Part shown: piece by piece, positions 57,370 through 64,000 of the stretch
Numbering within the stretch: the stretch's first letter is position 1
Layout of the letters: each line of letters starts with the position of its first letter
NCBI GenBank assembly: GCA_964557345.1
Contig: CAZKZU010000001.1
Span: 555-64,554 of the forward strand
Length of the DNA: 64,000 bases
Source: an uncultured Methanosarcinales archaeon
GTDB taxonomy: Archaea > Nanobdellota > Nanobdellia > Woesearchaeales > DATGWN01
Reading direction: 5' to 3'
Notes under the pieces: model-generated
What the model saw: the letters and a program-made list of their open reading frames with translations, nothing else
The model's database searches: none
Told to the model about the DNA's origin: nothing
Program-made: the position numbers and the translations under genes

Positions 57370-58314
57370 TTAAAATAAATGTTTTATGTGCTGTTTTTCT
57401 ACATAATATATTGCATCATTTATTTTGTAATGAATTGCTTTTTTTAAGTCATTTATTATTTTCGAGTATTCAATTATATCTTTGCATTCTATGTTTATTA
57501 ATGCTTCGAAGTGACCAATAAATATTCCGAAGTAAGTTATGTTAGGATGTTTTTCTGCAAATCTTTCTAGATTTTTTAGTTCTTTTGTGTCTGTAAATGA
57601 AATTAAAACTTTGTGTCTTTGAAAACATAATTTATCTAAATTTATTGTAATTCCATACCCTGTTATTATGTTTTCTTTTTCTAGGTATTCAATTATTTTC
57701 TTAATTTTATGTACTGATATATTAGTTTTTTTAAATATTTCAACAAGTGATGCTCTCGGATATGCTATCAATGTGTTTAAAATTTTTTCTTGACCGTTAT
57801 TTAATTTTTTTATTTCGCAAATGTATTTTTTTCTAATTTTAGGAGGATTTGCGGGATTCAAATATTTTCTGTTGTAACTTATTTCTTGTACTGGTTGAAT
57901 TATTTCTTTTATTATTATATTTTGTCCGAATTTATCTTTTAATTTGGTTATTTCTTGAAAAATCTCTAATTTGTTTTTAGCAAAAAAAGAAACATATAGA
58001 TCAAAGACTTCTTCGCATTTAATTATCACTCTGATCTTTTCGTTTTTGTTTAAATAATCAATAATATTTTTTTCAATTTTTGGCGTGGTCTGATTGTATT
58101 TAATTAGAAGTTGGAGGGTTATGTTTCCTAAATATCCTAAATCGATTGCAGTATAAAATCTAGTGATAACTCCAGTTTCTATCAATTTATTAACTTTAGC
58201 AGATACTGCTTCTCTAGTTAGATGAACCTTTTTACCAATATCCGCATAAGACTCTCTTGAATTGTTGTCGAGCCTGTTAATTATCATTAAATCTTTTTGG
58301 TTCATTGTTTCCAT
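57370..58314 (-). CDS. Tandem (double) Lrp/AsnC-family transcriptional regulator
   Basis: Two wHTH+RAM halves (IINRLDNNSRESYADIGKKVHLTREAVSAKVNKLIETGVI... and ILNTLIAYPRASLVEIFKKTNISVHKIKKIIEYLEKENII...). Paralog of 28202..29170. Confidence 0.6.
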   Translation of the reverse strand: METMNQKDLMIINRLDNNSRESYADIGKKVHLTREAVSAKVNKLIETGVITRFYTAIDLGYLGNITLQLLIKYNQTTPKIEKNIIDYLNKNEKIRVIIKCEEVFDLYVSFFAKNKLEIFQEITKLKDKFGQNIIIKEIIQPVQEISYNRKYLNPANPPKIRKKYICEIKKLNNGQEKILNTLIAYPRASLVEIFKKTNISVHKIKKIIEYLEKENIITGYGITINLDKLCFQRHKVLISFTDTKELKNLERFAEKHPNITYFGIFIGHFEALINIECKDIIEYSKIINDLKKAIHYKINDAIYYVEKQHIKHLF

Positions 58315-58413
58315 AAGTTAAAATTAGCTTTAAATATTTTGTGTTTTGTCAGATTTTTTTTAAGAAAGCATTATATAGAGGTTATTTCCTTGTATACTTT
58401 GCGGTTTGAGATT

Positions 58414-58447
58414 AGTAAGGTAATTGCTTTCGAGCTTTTACCTTACT
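58414..58447. promoter_or_regulatory. Perfect 10 bp inverted repeat (AGTAAGGTAA-n14-TTACCTTACT) in the divergent promoter region between the Lrp gene and the pilin-adhesin gene, followed by a TTTTATATAA TATA-like box at 58451-58460
   Basis: Read directly from the sequence. Candidate regulator operator. Confidence 0.3.
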
Positions 58448-58536
58448 TTCTTTTATATAAACTGCACAGTACTAAAATTGCTAATAACAACTTTTATTAA
58501 CACAGTTAACTAGGGTTAGGGTATACATAAGTATTT

Positions 58537-61371
58537 ATGGAAACAAAACGATCTCAGACCGCAACAGAGTATTTAATAATTCTCGCAGTAGTTATTATTA
58601 TAGCATTAGTTGTAGTTAATACTCTTGGTGGATTTCCTGGGATTGGTGCGAATAATAATAAGAAGGTTTCGGATTATAAACTTCAATCTGATACTGTTGG
58701 GGTTGAAAGTTATTCTATTGGTGCTAATAGTTCTTTGTTTAAATTAAAGAATAATTATTTTGATACAATTACAGTAACTGAATTTAGAGTTAATCAACAA
58801 AGTAATTTAACTTGTAATTCTTCTAATACAAATCCTTCTTTGCCGATTGTTTTGAATGTTGGGCAGAGTATGATTGTTAATTGTAGTGTTGTAAATAGTT
58901 CATCTTATACAATTACTAATAGGCAAGTTCCTGTTGTTGGGATATTATTTACTGATTCAGTTACAAGTAATAGATTTGCTGGGAATGCGCAAAGTTACGG
59001 TGCTGTTTCTTTAAGTGGAACATCTGGACAAAGTGGTTGTGTTGTAACAGGTGGAAATATAACTATTGTAAACGGTTATAAGATTCATACTTTTTTAAGT
59101 AATGGTACATTAAATATAACTTCAGGTAGTTGTGTCGCCGAGGTTTTAGTTGTTGCTGGCGGTGGTGCTGGTGGTGGAAATGGTGCTCCAGGAGGAGGTG
59201 GAGGTGCTGGTGGTTTAATTTACAATAGTTCTTATAATCTTAATTTAAGTAATTATAGCATTGTAGTAGGAAATGGTGGTTTAGCAGGTTACAATGGAGG
59301 AAATTCTAGTTTTGGTAGTTTAGTTGCAATTGGTGGCGGACATGGTGCTATGTATTCTGGTTCAAGAACTACTGGAGGATCTGGTGCTGGAGGAGGTTAT
59401 TCTACTTCAGCAGGAGCTGCAGGAACTGCAGGACAAGGTAATAATGGAGGTAATGGTTTAGGAACTTCAGTATTACCTTTAGGAGCTGGTGGTGGAGGAG
59501 GAGCTGGGACTGTAGGACAAGCTGCAACTGCAAATCCTTCTGGAAAATCAGGAGATGGTGGAATTGGACTTAATTATTCTATATCCGGCGTTAATACTTA
59601 TTATGCTGGTGGTGGTGGTGCTGGAGTAACTGCACAAGGAAGTACTCAAGGATTTGGAGGACTTGGTGGTGGAGGAAATGGTACTAGCGTACAAAACGCA
59701 GTTGGAGGAAGCGCAATTGCAAATACTGGTGGCGGTGGAGGAGGATCTCATAACGCAGCAGGAGGATCAGGTGGTTCAGGAATTGTAATTGTAAGATATG
59801 CTTTGACTGGAGGTAGTATTCCTAATTGTGCAGATGGGCAAATTTTGTGTAATGGTACTATTTATTCAAATTGCTCGAATGGAAATTGGGTAAATAATGG
59901 AAATGTTGATGGACTATGCGGATATTCTGCTCCTGGAAATATTACTTCACTTAGAACTGGATTAGTAGGATATTGGCCATTGGATGGAAATGTATCTGAT
60001 TCAAGTGGAAGTAATAAGGGTGGCGCAAATAATGGTGCAACTTATACTATTTCAGGAAAAGTTGGTGGCGCATATAGTTTTGATGGAAGTACTACTTTAA
60101 TTAACACAAATTTAACAATGCCAACTACTAATTTTTCTATTTCTATTTGGTATAATACTTCAGATAACGGTGGATCTTATACTCATAGGCCATTTGGTTC
60201 AGGCGATAGTTGTTGTGGCTCACATGGATTAGATTATACTGTTAATAATGGTGGTGGACGAGCTACTGTAATATTTAGAAACAATGGTGCAAGTTATGAT
60301 TTTGATTGTGGTTCATCTCCTTCTATTAATATTTGGGAAAATTTAATACTTGCAGTTTCTTCTACGACAGGAACTACTTGTTATAGAAACTCCGTTTCTT
60401 CTGGAAGTAATTCTAATGCTAAATCTATATCTACTGGTGGATTGACTTTTAAAATGGGTTCTGCAGGAGATACAGGTGGTGTTTTTAGTGGAAAAATGGA
60501 TGAAGTTTCTGTTTGGAATCGGTCTTTGAATTCAACTGAAGTATTACAATTATATAATAATGGAACTGGTTTAAGTTTATCTTTATCTGGAGCTCAAACT
60601 CCTGTGTGTGCTGCTGGACAAACTAGTTGCAATGTTACTAATTATTTAACTTGCTCGAATGGAAGTTGGTTTAATAATGGAAATATTACTGGTTATTGTG
60701 GATATGCTCCTCCTGGAAATGTAACTCAACTTAGACAAAATTTAATTGAATATTATCATTTCGATGGAAATGTTACTGATTATAGTGGTTATGGCAGAAA
60801 TGCAAGTTGGTCAGGTGCTAGTTCTTATGTATCAGGAAAGATTGGACAATCTGCAAATTTAAACGGTTGGGATAGTTTTATTTGGTTACCCTCTAATTAT
60901 ATTCCGAATTCAAATGTTACTTTAAGTATGTGGATTAAACCTTACATTCTTCGAGATGCACTTATTGTTGAAAGAGGTCCTACTGCAGGGTGTGATGGAT
61001 TATTATTTATGTTAGGTGAAGGAGGAGATACTTCAAGTAGATTAAGATTTGATTATGGATGTTCAGATTATAGTTTGCATTCTAATAATTCTTTGACAAT
61101 AAATTCTTGGAATCATGTAGCAATAACTCAGGATGCTGCAGGATATTCTAAAATATATATCAATGGTCAATTTGAGGCAGGAGAATCTCAAGGAATTCAT
61201 ACTAATACGAACATTCAATCTTTAGGTGGAGGATATGGTGGCGGGACTTACGTTGGTACTTGGAACTTAAATGGTACTGTAGATGAATTCGCAGCATGGA
61301 ATAGAGTTTTGAATGATACAGAAATAGCGCAGATGTATAATGGCGGAAATGGATTAAGTTTAGTTCCATAA
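58537..61371 (+). CDS. Large pilin-signal surface protein with a Gly-rich repeat region and two concanavalin A-like (LamG) lectin domains
   Basis: N-terminus METKRS|QTATEYLIILAVVIIIALVVV (archaeal type IV pilin-like QTA.EYL). ~270 aa of GGGAGGG/NGG repeats. Two LamG-like ends: MDEVSVWNRSLNSTEVLQLYNNGTGLS and VDEFAAWNRVLNDTEIAQMYNGGNGLS. Confidence 0.55.
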   Translation: METKRSQTATEYLIILAVVIIIALVVVNTLGGFPGIGANNNKKVSDYKLQSDTVGVESYSIGANSSLFKLKNNYFDTITVTEFRVNQQSNLTCNSSNTNPSLPIVLNVGQSMIVNCSVVNSSSYTITNRQVPVVGILFTDSVTSNRFAGNAQSYGAVSLSGTSGQSGCVVTGGNITIVNGYKIHTFLSNGTLNITSGSCVAEVLVVAGGGAGGGNGAPGGGGGAGGLIYNSSYNLNLSNYSIVVGNGGLAGYNGGNSSFGSLVAIGGGHGAMYSGSRTTGGSGAGGGYSTSAGAAGTAGQGNNGGNGLGTSVLPLGAGGGGGAGTVGQAATANPSGKSGDGGIGLNYSISGVNTYYAGGGGAGVTAQGSTQGFGGLGGGGNGTSVQNAVGGSAIANTGGGGGGSHNAAGGSGGSGIVIVRYALTGGSIPNCADGQILCNGTIYSNCSNGNWVNNGNVDGLCGYSAPGNITSLRTGLVGYWPLDGNVSDSSGSNKGGANNGATYTISGKVGGAYSFDGSTTLINTNLTMPTTNFSISIWYNTSDNGGSYTHRPFGSGDSCCGSHGLDYTVNNGGGRATVIFRNNGASYDFDCGSSPSINIWENLILAVSSTTGTTCYRNSVSSGSNSNAKSISTGGLTFKMGSAGDTGGVFSGKMDEVSVWNRSLNSTEVLQLYNNGTGLSLSLSGAQTPVCAAGQTSCNVTNYLTCSNGSWFNNGNITGYCGYAPPGNVTQLRQNLIEYYHFDGNVTDYSGYGRNASWSGASSYVSGKIGQSANLNGWDSFIWLPSNYIPNSNVTLSMWIKPYILRDALIVERGPTAGCDGLLFMLGEGGDTSSRLRFDYGCSDYSLHSNNSLTINSWNHVAITQDAAGYSKIYINGQFEAGESQGIHTNTNIQSLGGGYGGGTYVGTWNLNGTVDEFAAWNRVLNDTEIAQMYNGGNGLSLVP

Positions 61372-61452
61372 ATATATTCTTGTTTTTGATTTTATTATTT
61401 GAGAAATAGATTTATTTATGTTTATTAGTATTAATTTTATTACTATTATTAT

Positions 61453-62346
61453 CTATTCAAATTCTAAATCGAAGAATTCTTCTGGTTTGATTATTCCTAT
61501 GTCGCAGATTACTGCTGTTATTAATTTAGGATCTATTTTTTCAAACATTGTGTTTTTTATTGTGATAAGTTTTGGTGTTTTATCGAATATTATTATTTTT
61601 TCATTTAATCTTTCTATTCCTTTTTTCATTTCATCTATGTTAAATTTTTTAATTTTTTTCATGCAATCTGTGCAGATGTATATTGGAATATCGTACTTGT
61701 TTGCAATCTCTGCTACAAGTTCAGAACCCATTGTGTTTATGAATTTATTTTCTGATGCAGCTTCACATCCAAGTAAAACCATATTAGAGGATTTTACTGC
61801 TAGTCTTATTGATGAGTCTGAGTAAATTGTTACAGGGATATTTAGTTTAGCAATTTCTTCTGCCATTTTTTTCCCATTACCATATGGTCGAGCTTCAGTT
61901 ATATTAACTTTGAAATTTTTGCATTTAGCGTCATTTAGAATTCTTAAAACTGTTGAAGAATATCCGTGGGTGTAAACTACAGAGTTTTCTTTTATTTTAT
62001 TTGCACCATTTCTTCCTATTTCTAAATAAACTTTTTCTAGGTGCTTTTCAATTTTGGTTATTTTTTTATTTAATTCTATTTGAATTTCTTTTAATGTTTT
62101 ATATTTTGATAATGTTTCTTTGTCAAAAATATAATTGATAATGTTAATCGTTGCAGGATCTGATGAAATTACTTCAAATATTGTTGTTTTTGCTTTATCT
62201 AGATTTTTTAGGTAAGTATTAATGAACACGCAAGTATTGTCTAAATCTGTTTTTTCTGCTTTGAATGCTTTTAGACTCCAAAGTGGAAGGTTTTCTGGTC
62301 CAGAAATAGATCCGCTCTTAATATCTGCAATTATTTGCTTAAACAT
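61453..62346 (-). CDS. eIF-2B alpha/beta/delta-family protein (ribose-1,5-bisphosphate isomerase or aIF-2B-like)
   Basis: Family-typical C-terminal core GCEAASENKFINTMGSELVAEIANKYDIPIYICTD; 297 aa. Confidence 0.65.
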   Translation of the reverse strand: MFKQIIADIKSGSISGPENLPLWSLKAFKAEKTDLDNTCVFINTYLKNLDKAKTTIFEVISSDPATINIINYIFDKETLSKYKTLKEIQIELNKKITKIEKHLEKVYLEIGRNGANKIKENSVVYTHGYSSTVLRILNDAKCKNFKVNITEARPYGNGKKMAEEIAKLNIPVTIYSDSSIRLAVKSSNMVLLGCEAASENKFINTMGSELVAEIANKYDIPIYICTDCMKKIKKFNIDEMKKGIERLNEKIIIFDKTPKLITIKNTMFEKIDPKLITAVICDIGIIKPEEFFDLEFE

Positions 62347-62445
62347 AAGATATATGCTAACAATGTGGCTTTAAAAACATTAGTCACTACTTTCTTAGAA
62401 TTTATTAATAATATGAACTATTTTTCTTATATTGTCTTTTGAAAT

Positions 62446-62579
62446 AAGTATTTTGCCAATTCGCCCTACTTCTTTTTGCCGGCATTCGCCTGTATATAGT
62501 CGCCACACTCCTCACTATTCGTTCGTCGTTGCTCCATCTAGATCAACGTAAAAATGGCTCATAACAGGGCAGTATACTT
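62446..62579 (+). repeat. MITE-like repeat copy C (same orientation as copy A)
   Basis: Shares gccaattcgcc, ggcattcgcctg, ctcctcactat.cgttcgtcgttgctcca, ggctcat and gggcagtatactt blocks with A and B. Left terminal repeat degenerate (aagtattttgcc). Confidence 0.65.
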
Positions 62580-62617
62580 ATTTCTTGATGTCTTGATCTT
62601 ACCTTAAAATATATTAT

Positions 62618-62932
62618 TTAAGCATATCTCATAATCAAATATCCTGCTATTAGAGCTAATATTAAGATTAGTGCTATAAAGAACATAATTGGTTTTTTGT
62701 CTTTTGGAGCGCTTCCTACGTTTTTAGGCATGGTATTCTGAGATAAAGTAGCATTTGTGTTAACTTTAGGTGTTTTTGATACTGGTTTAGCTGTTTTTGC
62801 CTTTGTTTTTGTTGTTTTTTTGTTTTTTACCATAGGATTTCTAGAGTTTGCTTGTATAGTTACATTTATAATTTTTCTCGTTTCTTGTATGGTTATGTGT
62901 GGAATAATTGGAGCGATTGGGGAAGATTGCAA
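62618..62932 (-). CDS. Small Lys/Thr-rich protein with a C-terminal TM anchor
   Basis: Composition only. The start may instead be at the internal Met (62833), which would avoid overlapping the asnB start. Confidence 0.25.
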   Translation of the reverse strand: MQSSPIAPIIPHITIQETRKIINVTIQANSRNPMVKNKKTTKTKAKTAKPVSKTPKVNTNATLSQNTMPKNVGSAPKDKKPIMFFIALILILALIAGYLIMRYA

Positions 62933-64000
62933 GGAAATTGTTGCAAATGGCCTTAAAGTTATGAAGAATCGAGGTAAAGATAATTCTTCTAGTTGGTTTT
63001 CTAAGGAGATTGGTGTTGCTTTAGGACATAATCTTCATTCAATTGTTTCTTATGTTGAACAACCTTTGTTTTCTTCTGACAAAGAAAAGCGATTTATTTT
63101 TGCAGCAAATTGCGAGATATATAATTGGAAGGAGCTTTCTGAAAAATATAAAATTAAAGCTGATAATGATGCAGTTCTTTTGTTTGAATTATTTTTACAA
63201 AAAGGAGTAAAATGTTTAACTGAGTTAGATGGAGTTTATGCTTTCTTTTTGTATGACTCAAAAGAAAAGAAACTAATTCTTGCAAGAGATATTCTTGGAG
63301 TTAAGCCTTTATTTTATTTACATGATAAGCGAAATAACTTTTGTTTTGCATCTGAGAAAAAGTCTTTGCCTAAAGGTTTAGTTCAGGAATTAAATCCACG
63401 ACAAGTTTTAACTTATGTTGTTGATAGCGATGAGGCATTATTTGAGGATAGAGAATTTTTTAAGATTGGAAATATTGATGTTTCAAAAAGCAAAATTGTT
63501 TATGAGCTTGAGGAGAAATTTACTTCTGCAATTATGAAAAGAATTCCTGATAAGAAGTTTGGACTTCTTTTTTCTGGGGGAGTTGACTCGACTTTAATTG
63601 CTTACATTATGAAAAAGAAAGGTTTGAAATTTACTTGCTATACGGCTGCAATTTCTGATATTGGAGAATCTGAAGATTTAGTTTATGCTAAGAAAATTGC
63701 AAAAGAATTTGATTTAGATCTTAAAATAGCGACAATAACTCTTGCTGAGCTTGAAGATTATATTAAAAAAGTAGCTCCATTAATTGAGTCAAATAACGTT
63801 GTTAAAGTTGGTGTTGCACTTCCTTTCTTTTTAGCATGTGAAGCTGCAAGAAAAGATAAATTAAAAGTTATTTTTTCGGGACTTGGTAGTGAGGAACTTT
63901 TTGCAGGTTATGAAAGACATGCAGTATCAGCAGGAGTTAGTATTCGAGGAGAAGAATATTTAGATAAAATGAATGCATATGATACTTTATCTATGGATAA
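62895..64000 (+). CDS. asnB: Asparagine synthetase (glutamine-hydrolysing), 5' part; runs off the window end
   Basis: Ntn-amidotransferase N-terminus MCGIIG and PP-loop LFSGGVDST read from my own translation. Not in the ORF track because it is truncated by the window end. Confidence 0.75.
   Translation, partial: MCGIIGAIGEDCKEIVANGLKVMKNRGKDNSSSWFSKEIGVALGHNLHSIVSYVEQPLFSSDKEKRFIFAANCEIYNWKELSEKYKIKADNDAVLLFELFLQKGVKCLTELDGVYAFFLYDSKEKKLILARDILGVKPLFYLHDKRNNFCFASEKKSLPKGLVQELNPRQVLTYVVDSDEALFEDREFFKIGNIDVSKSKIVYELEEKFTSAIMKRIPDKKFGLLFSGGVDSTLIAYIMKKKGLKFTCYTAAISDIGESEDLVYAKKIAKEFDLDLKIATITLAELEDYIKKVAPLIESNNVVKVGVALPFFLACEAARKDKLKVIFSGLGSEELFAGYERHAVSAGVSIRGEEYLDKMNAYDTLSMD

Noticed and set aside
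59548-59751. 67 aa minus-strand ORF inside the Gly-rich region of the 944 aa adhesin
   Set aside because: GGN repeats read as Ser/Thr-rich on the opposite strand; no independent support.

Overview
This window is AT-rich (about 28-30% GC), gene-dense and archaeal in character. Archaeal markers include Pelota, an eIF-2B-family protein, Trm5, tandem Lrp/AsnC regulators, many proteins with class III (type IV pilin-like) signal peptides, and a tRNA-Phe. A DPANN-like episymbiont origin is a reasonable guess, made by inference only. Content by region: (1) A housekeeping block: Nudix hydrolase, a membrane DsbA-like oxidoreductase, and an anaerobic ribonucleotide reductase locus (nrdD, glutaredoxin, nrdG) preceded by tandem NrdR-box-like palindromes. 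(2) A defence island: a Type III restriction-modification operon with a GGCT/AIG2-like gene wedged between mod and res, a divergent wHTH gene, a wHTH-nucleotidyltransferase + HEPN-like pair, and a RelE/ParE-like gene. (3) HAD hydrolases, an ABC-2 transporter, a HIT protein, argS, a low-molecular-weight phosphatase and upp. (4) A surface-protein region with many lipobox lipoproteins, a cadherin-like adhesin, a lipid-related cluster (radical SAM/rubredoxin-like enzyme, ICMT-family methyltransferase, Lgt homolog) and pelota. (5) A 4.3 kb two-gene surface cassette bracketed by inverted copies of a ~135 bp MITE-like repeat; two more copies of the repeat lie elsewhere. (6) A block of ten or more co-directional pilin-like genes on the minus strand, with no secretion ATPase, platform protein or prepilin peptidase in the window. 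(7) A second NTase/HEPN-like module next to an RHH gene, then trm5, a second tandem Lrp, a 944 aa pilin-signal adhesin with a Gly-rich region and two LamG domains, an eIF-2B-family gene, and the 5' end of asnB. No CRISPR array, rRNA or transposase was found. All functional calls rest on motifs I read from the translations and have not been checked against databases.
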